Part shown: piece after piece, positions 1 to 36,600 of the stretch | Position numbering within the stretch: the stretch's first letter is position 1 | Layout: each line of letters begins with the position of its first letter | Source: the human T2T-CHM13v2.0 reference genome, Homo sapiens | NCBI RefSeq assembly: GCF_009914755.1 | Contig: NC_060936.1 | DNA length: 64,000 nt | Reading direction: 5' to 3' (one strand) | Program-made: the position numbers and the translations under genes | The notes under the pieces: model-generated | What the model was told of the DNA's origin: nothing | Databases searched by the model: none | Seen by the model: the letters and a program-made list of their open reading frames with translations, nothing else

Positions 1-79
1 TGTCCAGTGCTGTTTGTATTTTTGCCCTTAGGTAATAAAAATAATCAGTTAATGTGGTGTATCAAGATTGCAGCCCAAC

Positions 80-220
80 TGAAAAACCACCTGCTGGGTA
101 TTGTGCTCCGTGCCTCAGTGATGGGACCACTCATCCCCCAGACCTCAGCATTATGCAGTATGCCCATGTCACAAACCTGCACGTGTGCCCCTTGAATCTA
201 AAGTTGAAATAAGAAATAAA
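80..220 (+). mobile_element. 5'-truncated L1 3'-end fragment (L1PB/L1MA-like)
   Basis: ccagacctcagcattatgcagtatgcccatgtcacaaacctgcacgtgtgccccttgaatctaaa resembles an L1 3'UTR end; TSD attgcagcccaac at 67-79 and 520-532. Confidence 0.7.
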
Positions 221-221
221 A

Positions 222-519
222 GGCCGGGCGCGGTGGCTCATGCCTGTAGTCCCAGCACTTTGGGAGTCCAAGGCGGGTGGATCACGAGGTCAGGAGTTCT
301 AGACCAGCCTGGCCAAGATGATGAAACCCCGTCTCTACTAAAAATACAAAGATTAGCCGGGTGTGGTGGCTGGCACCTGTAATCCCAGCTACTCGGGAGG
401 CTGAGGCAGAGAAGTGCTTGAACCCGGGAGGCGGAGGTTGCAGTGAGCCGAGATCGTGCCAACTCCAGCCTGGGTGACAGAGCGAGACACTAAGAAAATA
501 AATAAATAAAAAACAAAAT
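222..519 (+). mobile_element. Alu (AluS-type), full length
   Basis: ggccgggcgcggtggctca start, A-rich linker and tail. Confidence 0.95.
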
Positions 520-839
520 ATTGCAGCCCAACAGGTTTAAGTTTATCATAATAATTGTGGTGCTTTCAATTAGATTGGCAACTTTTTAAAAGTCTTAGGC
601 CAGTGTAATGAATAGCTGAATAAAGTTAGTACATTCATTTAAAATGAAACTTATACAATTATTATAATGTTGTTGAAGGTCTTAAAGCTGGAACCATGTA
701 AATCCTAGAAATAAGGAAATTGATTCATTCAGAAACTTTATAGTTTAGACCCAGTTAATAAAAGTGAAAACGCAACTTAGTGTGTGCAGAATGTGTTGAA
801 TGTGGAGAGGTTCTTCATGACCCCCATCTCGTCTGACAG

Positions 840-23205
<22,366 letters not shown>

Positions 23206-23935
23206 CCTGCAGAAGACGATGCAGCCGCTTTTCTTTTTGAAATGACTTTGGGATTTTTTTAAGCTTTTATTTACTTTTTTTTTAACTGTTATCTTTCTGG
23301 ATGAAACTTGGGAAGGGGATTAGGAGATCTAGCATTTTATTTCTAGCATTGCTATTCACCGGCTTCCTTATTTTATATGTAAAAATTAAGATTTTATATT
23401 TTATCTTCTTGTTTCTCATAGATATTTTGTGAGCATTTTTTTGTTTATTTTGAAGAAATGTGGATAAGATACTTGGTAGTATAAAACAGACTCTCTGAGA
23501 GTATTTGAAATGTGTTTGGAGATTTACTTAAACGTACTTTCAGGAGTGAGCAAGTCCTACTTATAAACCTATATTAACTTTATTTTTGAGATACCTGTTT
23601 TGAATTTAAAGGAGATAAGAGGCGTAAAGTAGGATGCTCACTACAACCATAGGTGGGGTTTCAGCTCATATCTTAAAGATAAAAGGTACTATTATATAAC
23701 CTATACACAAGATACAGGAGAAAATATGCTTGATTTTTATTTGGCAGGGGGGCTAGGTTGTATGGGAGTAAAAAAAACATTGAAAATTTTTAAATTGTCC
23801 AAAGAAACATTTTAAGACTCTTTAACAAAAAAGGCCATGAGTAAATCTCTATATTAACATTACTATTTATTTTGTTTTGGAACTGGGACATGATTCTATT
23901 TGTTATAAAATAAAATTGATGTGATTGTCACCTTA
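23206..23935 (+). other. PIWIL1: PIWIL1 3'UTR (U-rich; 3' end approximate)
   Basis: Follows the stop codon; AATAAA at 23909-23914 followed by U/GU-rich sequence. Confidence 0.85.
23909..23914 (+). terminator. PIWIL1 main polyadenylation signal AATAAA
   Basis: Canonical hexamer with downstream U-rich tract (ttcttgtttt, tgtgcgtttt). Confidence 0.8.
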
Positions 23936-24033
23936 TTTGAATAACTGTAATTCTTGTTTTACTGAAAGTATGTGCGTTTTCTTTTCATTTAATTTTTAAA
24001 AGTGCATACAATTCCATTCATAAAAGCTAAATT

Positions 24034-24251
<218 letters not shown>

Positions 24252-27149
24252 TTACGAACTCTAATGTCAGAGTAAAATTTTTTAAGGAAATGCTGCCACC
24301 TCCAATATTTGTAGTATAAGAACGGGTATCCACAGCTTATAAGGAAGCACAGACTAAGAAGTCTGTGGTGTTGTGAAGTTGGTAATTGTAGTTTTTTATA
24401 TCTACATATTTATAGGAATTCTCAGGAACGTTTGCAAAGAGAAGGCTTAAAATTAATGAATTATTGTAAATCCCGGGAACACCTTTAAACATTGCTTACA
24501 AATGTGATGAGTGTAAGCTTTAATGACAATACACAAGTCCCTGGAACTGTAATTTAAACTAACGCAGATCACTCAAGTCATTTGTCTTACCTTTGTGGCA
24601 CACGGTCTCATTCTGGATTTAGCCTCATTAACATATTATGAATGAAAACCATTTTATTTTCCTTTTAGTTCTTAGAGCTAATAATTGTTGTTAACATTGT
24701 TCTGGGCAAGCAGCCCAGGTTCCTTAACCTGTTCGATTTCTAAGCATGAGAAGACAAGAAACACAGAACAGTGTGACCTTCAAAAGGAGGCCAGAGACAA
24801 ACATTTCAATGGTAGAAGTTGCTTAAGGTTGTCCTAGCATTAAGGAATATAAGGAAGTCTAATCATACGACTGGAAAATATTAATTTATTTATGGATTTT
24901 GGTGGCTAGTCAGTTAGTTAAGTCATGAAAAGCTCATTCTTAGCAGGTCTCAGCTCTGCCTCAAAGTGAAAGTTGAATTTAATGTCTTTAGAACCGTGAA
25001 AAATTGGTAAATGTGATAATTGTGGAAAAGTTGCAGGTGTCCAGAGACCCCACTATATCAAGAAAGACTTAGTTGAAAGGGACAGAAAACTGGCTGAAGT
25101 TATTTTAAGCCAAAAAAGGGTATTGCTTGGTTTTGTCATCATCCTAGGTAACACTTCCCAAATTTACTAATCTGTTAGACATCACCTGGTTGGGTTTGTG
25201 ATAACACAGACTGGGTTCCAAACTGTACCTAGGAATCGGGACTCTCAGGGGAGAGGCCAGGTGAACAGTCTATTAAACAAGTCCCAGGTGATTTGCCAGG
25301 GACTTTTGGCAAATGCTAGTTGAAAGGGGTCTCCTTAACATCGTCTTGGTTATGCCTCTGCTGTGGTTTTCATCAGACAAACCTGTTGCATGCGGCGACA
25401 GAGACTAGGTTGATGTCTGAGCCACACCGAGTACACGGAGCACTGTCAGAGAATTCACTGCCGCACTCACAAAGAACAAAGCAAAGACTCCGTGAAATCC
25501 CAATTTCTCCTTTCACGTGGGATGTGCGTATCTGAGTGGGATGTCCAAAAGCTTTAGTGTTAAACACACTGACCTCAGGCTCTCCCTTCCCAAAGCTTCG
25601 TCTGACCAGTCTACCTGGTGGTTCCTGAAGGAACCCCAGGGATTTGGTGGGTGGTTCCCCAAAAGTGCATGCCTGTAGGAAGTCTGTCCACTCTTTTCTG
25701 GGTACATTTTCCTTCAAAATTCAAAAATGTGACACTCATTGAAGCATTCTATTTAGCAATTTTACACGCATTCCCTAAGTCCTACAGGAGTTTTTTGGAG
25801 TAATCTCCTGAACCTGCTGCTTACACACAGTGACGGCTCTGGCTCTCTCCTCAGAGTCAAATAGAAAGTATTTTCAACAGCAGTTTCATTCTGATACTAT
25901 GATACGAATCTTCAGATATTTCGTACATTTCTAAGTAAAAGCTTAAAGTTTGTGTAATTGGTATTGTCATTCAGATACAAGATTTCAAAAGCTAGGTTTA
26001 ATTTTCTTTACCTTCATTATTACTACCCAATGATTTTAAAAATCCATTGTGTACAATAGAGAAACTGTAAAATTTTCAAGAGTAGTCAGGAGGGAGTCCC
26101 TGCACTTGGAGTAAGATGACTCTTCTCTCTAGGCCACCATTCAAAGGAGGCTCCATGGCCTCTACACTCTGAGTTAAGCTGCCCTTCAAGCACCCTGTGC
26201 TGCCAGAACTCAAGTGGGCACCTAGAACTCTGCACTGCGGAGTCCAGTGCTCTGCCCTCGTCCATCGCAGCCTTCCCACTCTCATGCCTGGGAACCCCAC
26301 GACCAGTGGCATGCCCCATCCCTGGGCTCTTCCCACAAGCCCAAAGCTCCAGGTGATCCCTCGTATTTCAGGCTCATCTCTGAGGAGCTCTTTGCAGTCT
26401 CTTTTTTGACACCATCCCCTGCTCCTCAACTTTTCCTGTGTCCTCTGGAGCTCATTCTCAACAGCCTCTTAGGGGCGGTTTCTTTACATCTCCCTTTAAC
26501 AAACTCGGCTTTCTCCCGGGTCACTCACAGTGCTGCTGTTGTCTCTCCTACACTTCTCGTCTGCCGAGGTCTGGAGGGTGAGGTAGGTGTCCCTCTTGCT
26601 CCTCACTGATATTTCCAGACACCCCGACCCCCGCAAAAAAGAAACCACTCGGCTTTGAATCTACTTTGATCAGATCATGTCAGCCGCTCCCCCTCCCTTT
26701 GCCACTTTATGCTCCCCGAGCTCCGATTCCTCCTTGCAGATGGTAGCTCCTGGCTTGCTCACATTGTCCTGTGGTGCTTTCTTTCTAATTCTTGGCTAAA
26801 ACACACCGGTGAAGTCCAGCTTTTTGCCTACTTGTCTGTTCCTTTGCAAATAAACACGGCTGGAGAAAAGCACGCAACCCTGTGTAACTGTTGTATTTCA
26901 ATTCATGATCACAAGCAGGTATTTAATGCTGTCAATACATGTATGTCTAGCCATTGGCTCCACAGCTCTCTGATGTTTTTCATACCTTGTCTCCTTACAC
27001 CACCACCACCACCACCTCCATCCGCATTCTCAACTACTGTCTATTTTGCTAAAAATCCAGGCAGAGCTTCACAAGCTCCCACCTGAACCGCGTTTGCTCT
27101 GCAGCCCGGTGTTGTGGCGGCACGCACGGTCTGTGCACTCGGCCAGAGC

Positions 27150-28866
27150 ACACCCCACCTGCTTGGGCACAAGACATTCATTTTTGGAGGATGTTGTTTT
27201 GGAATCTCGTCTCTCCTTGTTTCCCTGCTTTAGTATTTTTCTTTTCCTATTCATTCCCAACAGCTTGCAAAACTGGTGTCATTTTTTTTTTATGTTAAAA
27301 AATAAAAGCCTTTTGGGCCCCATTGACCCTTAACTACTGTTCCATTTCTCTCTTTCCCTCAAAACTCCTGTGTTGTCTGGACTTCTTTCCTCCCCATCCT
27401 CTCTTGAATCCAGTGCCAGCTGTTCAATTCCTGGCCATCCTCCAGCCAGACCTGCTGCACGCCTGGCATGGTGTCCCCTTTCTCCTGGAAACATGCTCTG
27501 CCTGGCTTCCACGATGCCATGCTCTCTTGGCTCCCCACACCTGACTGTTCCTTCTCAGTCTCTTGCTGGTTCTTGTCTCTAAGGCCTAAATGTGCCTTCA
27601 GACTCTGCCAGGATCCCCTTTCTTTCTGCTCTTCCTCTGTTGGTGATTTCACCCATGACTCATTTGTATGAAGATGCTTCCCAGACCACATCTCCAGGCC
27701 CAGTTTCCTCCCTGAACTCCACACTCACATCATCAGCTGTCTCCTAGACGTCTCCCTTAGGCTGTCCAACACAATGCTGCTCAGACTTCTTGGTCTCGGA
27801 ACTGCCTGACACTCTTCAATTACTGAGGACACAGAGATTTTGTTTATGTGAATTATATCTGTTGATAATTACCATATTAAAAATTAAAACATCTAAAAAT
27901 ATGCGTGCCCATATTCCATTGTCAGAATGATACTGTCAGCACATGACGTGTAGCCTCTGGAAAACACTGTATATGCCTGAGGGCGCGTTAGAGTGCAAAG
28001 GAAAAGTGACCTCTCAGTATCATACAGATAATTTTGATTTCGCAGAACTCCAAAGGAGTCTGAGATTTCCAGGGGCCTCCAGACCGCATTTGACAACCTC
28101 TGGTTGAACTGGTGTCTCAGTATGCTCAAAGTTAAACTGTGATTTCTTGAAGCCCTGTTCCAGCTCCGTAAATCAGGACTTCATCCTTCCAAATGTTCAT
28201 TCAGGCCAGAAACCTGGGAGCCATCCTGGAGTCATCTCTTACATCACACCTCAGATTCCTCAGTGAAGTTTATCAGCTTCACTTTCAAAATACGAGTACC
28301 TGTCCACTAATCCTGTCAGCCTAGCCTTCCTAACCCATGTCTCTGCTCTTGCCTTTGCCCCGACTTTGGTCCATTTTCAGCAAAGTAGTCACAGTGATGA
28401 AGTCACACATCTGCTTACAGTCCCACTATGGATCCCCATCTCAGGAACACAGAGTCGTTGCCAGGTTCCCATGTTGTGTCATCCCAGCTGCTCACAGGAG
28501 ACTCGGTTCTCCTCCTGCCTTAGGGCCTCTGCCTGGTTTCCTCTGCCTGCTGTGCTCGGAGCCCAAGTTCCCGTGTGTTCCTTCAGGTCTGGGCTGAAAT
28601 GGCACCAGCACAGGGAAGCCCTCTGTGACCACCCCCTGTGAGCGTGCAGCCTAGACACCTACCCTTCGCCTCTCCTCCCCAGCTTCACTGGTATCATTAG
28701 CTAGTGTAGTGCCCAGCTTACCTTTTCTCTTACTCATCTCCCGCTAGATGCTGAGCCCATGAGGGCCAGGATTCTTGAGTGTTTTGTTCACTTTTGTCTT
28801 CCCAGTTTCGATGATCCCCAGTGTATAGCAGGTTCTCAAATATTTATTGAACGGATAGGTGAATAA
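27150..28866 (+). mobile_element. L2 LINE 3' portion, interrupted by a hAT element (approximate)
   Basis: L2-like body and 3' end (gcaggttctcaaatatttattgaacggataggtgaata). Confidence 0.65.
27772..28105. mobile_element. hAT-Charlie family DNA transposon remnant nested in L2
   Basis: ctcagacttcttggtctc...ttttgtttatgtgaattatatct...; other end cagaccgcatttgacaacctctg. Confidence 0.5.
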
Positions 28867-29599
28867 CTAGTGCCGCCCATAATTCAGAAAAACAGCCCCT
28901 AGTATTTCCTGGGCATGTTAAAGTTGAAGGGCTCTGCCCCAACAGTGGTCCTTGATCCTTGGGTGCACATGGCGGTCACCAGGGAGCTCTAGCAACCCCT
29001 AATGTCGGTGCGCACGCAGTTCACGGAACAATCTCAGCTGGAGACCTGGACGTGGATATGTTAGAAATCTCCCCTGGGAAGTAAGTTACACCAGGCAGAG
29101 AGGTGGGGCCGTCCAGACAGGCGAAAAAGCAACCCGGCTTTTGAGAAACCTGGATTCTAAATCTCAGCTTCCGGCTGTATCTGAACACCAGATGCTCTGC
29201 TGGCATTGGGTGGTTTTCTTCATGGGTGCCTGGAGGAGTAGGTCCAGTCCATCCTGGCCATGTCCCCACCCATGTGGCATAAATGCAATGCCAGGGTGTG
29301 ATCTGGAGGCACGAAAGGAGCCCTTTGGTGTGGCCCTGTGGCCTCAGCTGTGGCAGGGCCTGAGGTACCTTAGCACAAGCGGGCACTTTGCCCTTGGTCT
29401 GGGGCCTGGGGGCTGCATCTGGCCTCGTGATTTGCTCGCTTTCACCTTCCATCGGAGGCCAACCCTTCCCATTTGGTCCCAGGCCCTGTGAAGTGGAGAG
29501 CGGGAGTAGTACATGTACCTTCTTTCTGGACAGCGCAAGAATCTTTAAACACTTTAATGCTATTCTCCCTGACCCAACTTACATGCCATTGCTTCTGAT

Positions 29600-30520
29600 T
29601 TAAATCAACTGAACTGAGGTCTAGTTTATTTACATAAAGTAAATGAATACAGTGTAATGAGTTTGGACAAATGTCTATACCTCTGGATCTACTGCCACCA
29701 TCAAGCTTTAGAGAATGCCTATACCCTTCCTCCCACAAAGGTTCCTTCTTGCCTCTTTGCAAGCAGTCCTCCCCACCGGGACCAGATGCAGCAGTGACCT
29801 GCCTCTGGAATCTCACCTGGAGAACCGGGTAGCATGCACTCTTGTGTCTGGCTTCTTTTGGTCTGCCTGGTGTTTTAAAGCAGAGTCTGTGTATCTGTGT
29901 AAGTGGGTTGTTTGCTGGGTGGTATTCGACCGCGTGATGAGTTCACCATTTGTTTATTCATCATCAATCAGTGGGTGTTTTGGATGTTTCCAATCTTTGG
30001 CTAGTATAGTAGACTACCATGAAAAACACTGTTGAGGATTTTGTGTGGGGATGTATGTTTTCATTTCTCTGGCGGATACATAGATGTGGAATTGCTGGAT
30101 TTATATGGGAAGCATGTCTGCAACTTCATGAAAAGCTAACAAGCTGTCTTCTAAGTATTTATGCCCTTTTCCCTTTTTTTTTTACAATGCGTGAGATTTC
30201 ATTGCTCCACATCCTCACCAGTATTTGATGATGCCTTTTTAATTTTAGTCATCTTGTGGGTATGTAATCTTACCTTATTTTGGTTATTGTTTGCATTTCC
30301 CTGGTAAGTAATGTTGCTGAGCATCTTTTTGTTTACATGTTGGCCGTTCTTACATCTTCTTTTATGAAATGTCTGTTCAAATCTCTTGCACATTTTAAAA
30401 GTATTTTATTGAGTTGTAAAAGTTGTTTATGTATTCTGGATACAAATCTTTTGTTGTAGACATGCACTGTGAATATTTCCTTCCAGTTTCTGGCTTGCTG
30501 TTTTGCTTTCTTAAGTATCA
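29600..30520 (-). mobile_element. Old L1M fragment
   Basis: Minus-strand ORF remnants WKEIFTVHVYNKRFVSRIHKQLLQLN and DLNRHFIKED resemble the L1 ORF2 C-terminus. Confidence 0.8.
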
Positions 30521-30963
30521 TTCAAAGAGAAGATGTTTGTACAACTGGATTTCAAAGTCCACTGATGGGGGAGAACCATCTGGTGAGGACTTAACACTTC
30601 CTACTCTTCGATGTGCTTCATGCATGGTTGAAAATGTAATTGTCAAAAAAGGCTGCCAAAGTTCTTGATTTGTATTCTGACTTGCAGTGTTTACTAAATA
30701 ATATTTGGAATAGTATTTGGAAAAAAGTATCTTCCTTAGCTGTTTAATTCGCTGTAGGGTGAGATAGACTTACTTTAATGTAAGTTTGGCAGTTGACTTC
30801 ATTTGTACCTGGTACTGGTATCTATAAATAATGCCTTTTTTCTTCATTCTTTTAAAATTTATTTGGCACATAGCAGACACTCACACATTTGTCAAATAAA
30901 AGAATTGTACAAATTTTTTTCTTATTGAAATTCAAACCACATTGAATAAACCTAAATGCTTCC

Positions 30964-31887
30964 TTGACAGTTCCTTCAACTCCCTCATCCCAATTCCCAT
31001 CCAAGCATTGACAGTTCCTTCAACTCCCTCATCCCAGTTCCCATCCAAGCATTGACAGTTCCTTCAACTCCCTCATCCCAGTTCCCATCCAAGCATTGAC
31101 AGTTCCTTCAACTCCCTCATCCCAGTTCCCATCCAAACATTGACAGTTCCTTCAACTCCCTCATCCCAGTTCCCATCCAAGCATTGACAGTTCCTTCAAC
31201 TCCCTCATCCCAGTTCCCATCCAAGCATTGACAGTTCCTTCAACTCCCTCATCCCAGTTCCCATCCAAGCATTGACAGTTCCTTCAACTCCCTCATCCCA
31301 GTTCCCATCCAAGCATTGACAGTTCCTTCAACTCCCTCATCCCAGTTCCCATCCAAGCATTGACAGTTCCTTCAACTCCCTCATCCCAGTTCCCATCCAA
31401 GCATTGACAGTTCCTTCAACTCCCTCATCCCAGTTCCCATCCAAACATTGACAGTTCCTTCAAATCCCTCATCCCAGTTCCCATCCAAGCATTGACAGTT
31501 CCTTCAACTCCCTCATCCCAGTTCCCATCCAAGCATTGACAGTTCCTTCAACTCCCTCATCCCAATTCCCATCCAAGCATTGACAGTTCCTTCAACTCCC
31601 TCATCCCAGTTCCCATCCAAGCATTGACAGTTCCTTCAACTCCCTCATCCCAGTTCCCATCCAAGCATTGACAGTTCCTTCAACTCCCTCATCCCAATTC
31701 CCATCCAAGCATTGACAGTTCCTTCAACTCCCTCATCCCACTTCCCATCCAAGCATTGACAGTTCCTTCAACTCCCTCATCCCAAGTCCCATCCAAGCAT
31801 TGACAGTTCCTTCAACTCCCTCATCCCAATTCCCATCCAAGCATTGACAATTCCTTCAACTCCCTCATCCCAGTTCCCATCCAAGCA
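30964..31887. repeat. Minisatellite, 44-bp unit ttgacagttccttcaactccctcatcccagttcccatccaagca x21
   Basis: 924 bp = 21 x 44; near-perfect copies with sporadic substitutions. Confidence 0.97.
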
Positions 31888-32529
31888 GTAACCATTGTTT
31901 GGTTTGCATATATTCTAGCAACCTCTCCCCCCACCCCCCAACTTTTTTTTACTTTTGTATTTTTACTACTAATTTCAAACTGGAAAAAAAGACCAATGTC
32001 ATGAACCTGGTTTCATCCTGCCTAGAAGTAAAGAAGGGGAAATTGCTGAGCCTCTGAAACCAAGAGGACCACTAAGGTGTTGGGGTGGAGGGGAAAGGCA
32101 AAGAACTCTGTGGAATATCCCTTATCCTTTGAAAAAATTGAGTAGGTTGAGTAAGGAGAAACTGTAGATGATTTTACATTTAAGGATGACACCGTATTTG
32201 TCTGACTGATTTGAAGGCATGTTGTTAGCTGATTTCTTATGTCACATAGCTTTTTTATACTTGTCCAAATTCCAGTTGCCCTGGGTTGTCTTCCCCAAAA
32301 AGTGGAAGATGATTGAAAGTAGTACTCAAGATAAAAGGGCCTTAAGTAACACAGAATCATGTGTTGAGGAACTTCTTTTCTTTCAATTATGTTACTGTTG
32401 ATTATGTGCAGGAGAAAGTCTCTCTTGTTGTTGGGGTGTCTGGCACCTCCATTTGCTCATCATTTGATTTTAACAAAGCCAAACAAAGTAGGCCCTAGGT
32501 AGAACTAAGAAGCAAGTCCAATGAGTCTT

Positions 32530-33675
32530 CTTTTTTTTACTAGACTTTATTTTTTAGAGGAGCTTTAGGCTCACAGTTAAATTGAGTAGAAGGTAGAATT
32601 CCTATGTGTTCCCCTCACCCACACAGGCCCAGCCTCCCCCATATCAACATATCCCACCCCCCAGAGTGGTTCCCTTGTTACACTTGATGAACCTACAGTG
32701 ACATCATGATTGCCCCAAGTCCACAGTTCACATGAGGGTTCACTCCTGTATCTACCGTCAAGTTTGAGAGATTGCCTGTGCCCTTCCCTTTGCGTATTTT
32801 GGATAACAGTCCTTTTATGGACAGTCTGTGGATTTGGACGGATGTATAATGTATGTGTCCACCATCATGGGACGACACAGAGTCCTTTCATGGCCCTAAC
32901 ACCTCCCTGTGCTGTGCCTGTTCATTTCTCCCTCCCCTCCAACCCGTTGTAACCACTCATGTTTTCACTGTCTCCATAGTTTTGCCTTTTCCAGATGTCA
33001 TACATTCTGAATCACACGGTATGTAACTTTCTCAGGTTGGCTTCTCTCTCTCAGTAATATGCATTTAAGATTCCTCCGTGTCTTTGTGGCTCATTTCTTT
33101 TTAGCACTGACTAATATTCCATTATTTGAATGTACCAGTACATGTATCCATTCACTTGCTTGAAGGAGTCATCTTGATTGCTTCCAAGTTTTGGCAAATA
33201 TGAATAAAACTGCCATAAACATCTCTGTGCGGGTTCTTGTATGGATACACCTTTTCAACTCCTTTGGGTAAATACCAAGCAGTGTGCTTCGTAAGGTAAG
33301 ACTATGTTTAGTTTTGTAAGAAACTGCCTGTCTTTTAGAATGGCGTACCATTTTGCATTCCCATCACTAACAAATGAGAGTTCCTGTTAATTCACGTCTT
33401 TCCCAGCGTTTGCTATTGTCATTGTGGGTTTTGGCCATTCTGATAGGTGTGTAATGGTGTCATATTGTCATTTTACTTTGCAATGCCCTGAGGACATGTG
33501 GTATGGAACATATTTTCCTATGCACACTTGCCATCTGTGTGTCTTCTGTGCTAAGGTACCTGTTAAGGTTTTTGGCCCCTTTTTTAATCAGGCTGTTGTC
33601 TCATTGTTGAGTTGTAAGAGTTCTTTGCATATTTTAGATAACAGTCCTTTATCAGATAGGTCTTTTGCAAATATA
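32530..33675 (-). mobile_element. L1MA/L1MB 3' fragment
   Basis: Typical L1M 3'UTR; ORF2 remnant LLGIYPKELK...LFIFAKTWKQ. Confidence 0.8.
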
Positions 33676-36600
33676 TTGAATCCTCTTTTTAAAAAACAGG
33701 TTAGGTGGCACTTAGTTATGGGAGCAATTGAAGGTAGAATGGAGGTGTTTGATGTTTGGGTAAAGTTACTGCCTTTGGAGAATTAAAATTTGTTAGCAGG
33801 GGCCACGAGGCCCTTCCTGATCTGGATCAACCTATATCTTCAGTGGTCACTTCCCATGTGGACCTTGGGTCCCAACCCTATGAATCCACTTGCAGCTCCT
33901 AAGGTGTGTGTTGTGCCCCGGAGTCTTCTAGCTGCCTCCCGGGTCTGGTAGGCCTGGACCTGTGAACCACTGAGTTCTCCTCATTGCTGCCTCTGCAGGC
34001 TAAATACTTCAACAAAAATTCCCTGACCCTCTTCCTGACCACCATGCTGCTTAGGGGCCTGGGCCGCCGTGGTCTGAGCCTGTGCCCACGGCAGTTTCTG
34101 ATGTGAGTGCTCCAGAGCCACTTGCTGGCCAAATGGATTTGTCGTCACTTTAACCCCATTCTCTCCATTTGCAAACTGCCACATTGACAAGCAAAATGAT
34201 TTTCTGAGTAATAACTTTGTTAGGCTTTTCAGGAATTCTCAGTAAATCATTGATAAAATCAGGTGTCTTCATAATTTCTGTAGTGCTGAGGCTAATGAGC
34301 TTCAATGTCTTCCTCTTCTCTCCCCTTTACCTCATTTCCCCCCACCCCAAGGTTTATACTGTTTAATTGTTGTTATATTGGCCAAAACCTGGGTTGAATT
34401 TTTGCCTTAAACTCTACATAGTTTCAGTCAAATAATACTACAGAAAGCCCAAGTTAAGTATGCTTTTATTTTTAAAACCAATTTTAGTAGTACAGTGTTT
34501 TGGAAAGCTGAAATAGTAAGAAAGTTTACACATGTTTGGTTAGGTTAAATATTTGTTTAAGTGCATTTTAGGAACTTTGTTTCTCAACTTAGGTGTAAAC
34601 AAAATTCTCCTTTCCATGATTACTCAACAAGATAGATTGCAAGCTTTATCAGTTCCAGACTGTGCAGCTTTTATATATCAAGTCTTTACCGTTGTCCAGT
34701 GTGAAAAATTCTTAATTGAATTAACCCATAGTAAGTCTTCCAGTTTTTATTGAATTGGAGATGCATAAATAGATTTGCATTTTTCTTGTACAAATTGCGT
34801 TCCACCAGGAGGATATGCCCAGGGTGAGGCTATTTCATGAGGGACAAGTTAATTTGACCAGGGCCTGCAGGCAGTAGCTGGCTTAGAATACAAATTGAGG
34901 AGACGTGTTCCCTATGAGAATCGGAGGCAGCTTTACTCCTGAGACAAGGAATCAGGGTCAGTGACTAGGAGTTCCAACAGCAAACCAGAGCCCCCACTTG
35001 GATTTCCTGGGGATCGAATAGCTGTATCTTTGTGGTAGAACTTGAAGTGCTATGATCTGCCTACAGGAAAGCCAAGGTAAAATGTCTCTGACTTCCCTCT
35101 AATATAATGATGGGGCTTCTTGCAGTCAGGGATCTTCTCCAGATTTCCTAGTGATAGCGCGGCCCAAAGAGTATGTGAGCCTCAGCAGCTCCCCACCTCC
35201 CACTCCAGATTGGGGCGCTTTTTAAATGCACGTACCCAAGACAAAAATTATAGAGGCATCAAGTGCTAAATAGACCAGCCCCTGGCTGGTTCTTAGAAAC
35301 CTATCGTGTGGTTTTCAAATTTTACGTAATTTTTGTTAAAGCATTTAGCCTGTGGTGAGGCATATTTGCTTTAACATGTGCTTATTACAGAAGTTATGTT
35401 TCACTGTAGAAATTTCTGGAAATACAAATGCAAAATAAAACACAAATCTCTGTCATTCTGCAGAAACAGCATTCTTTTGACCCCTTTTGTTTTATTCTAT
35501 AGATGTATATTTTTGTGTTTACAGAAACTTGATCATATTATTTTATAACTTGCTGTTTCATATAAAATTATCATGAACATCTTTTGTGTCATGACATGTC
35601 TCTTCTTTTAATGAGTGCATAGTCTTCCAAACTACAAATCTTCCATACTCTGTTTAGTGTTCCTCCACTGCTAGAAATTTTGGTTGTTCCTGATTTTTAT
35701 TTTCCCTTTTATAAATGTCTCTTTGGTGAACGTTATTAGACTTACAGTATAATCCAGTTGATACATAAGCGAATGAAGACAGTAACCCTCAAACAGATGT
35801 GTGTGTGGCATGTACATTAACTGCTATCCTTTCAGCACTTTGTTTTGTTGAAATGGCCATTTCCATTATGTTCAGGAAAACTCATTTTGGGAAGAATAAG
35901 CAATAAATTTGTAATTAATGAAATCTGGTTCAGTTTTTCAGTTTGTCCAGGTTTTAAGAGAAGTTAGGCACTGGCCTAGCTTTAACTGATGTCTGTTGCC
36001 AGTGAGTTGAGATCATCAGGATTGCTCTGAATACATGCCAGATAAGGACGCTGAGTACCAGCACATAGGCACGGGTGAATGCTGCTTCAAATGGTACAAA
36101 ATGATGTTCACCCATAAAGCAACAAGAACATGTTAATGACATACGTTGAATGGCACCTCTTGAAGTCCAAAGTCAGGAGCTTTATTGATTACCATATGAA
36201 GTGTTTCCTGGGATGCCCAGCATGTTTCCAGAAGAGCTGCTGGGGTGCATCGTGGTTTTATACAAGCTTGGCCATGAAAGGACAGATACTCAAACTATTG
36301 TATGTTTTCATCTTTTAAAACAAACCTTGGTCATAGAAAACCAACAGAGTCTTGTCCACCTTTGTCCTCTAATGCCTCCCAACATGTTATCTTCCTGAGG
36401 GGAGACCCTAAATAGATGACCTTTTTAAAAAATAAAAAGATGACTTTTTTAAAAAATAAAAAATCTAACAGTTGCTCATCTTGAAGTTATTTACTCTTTG
36501 TTTTATTATCAGTTTCATTTTCCAGTTTTTGTATTTGAAATATTTTGGAGAAGGGAAAGATATTTTAGAGAAAATTCCCCGAAACAATAAACACAACATC

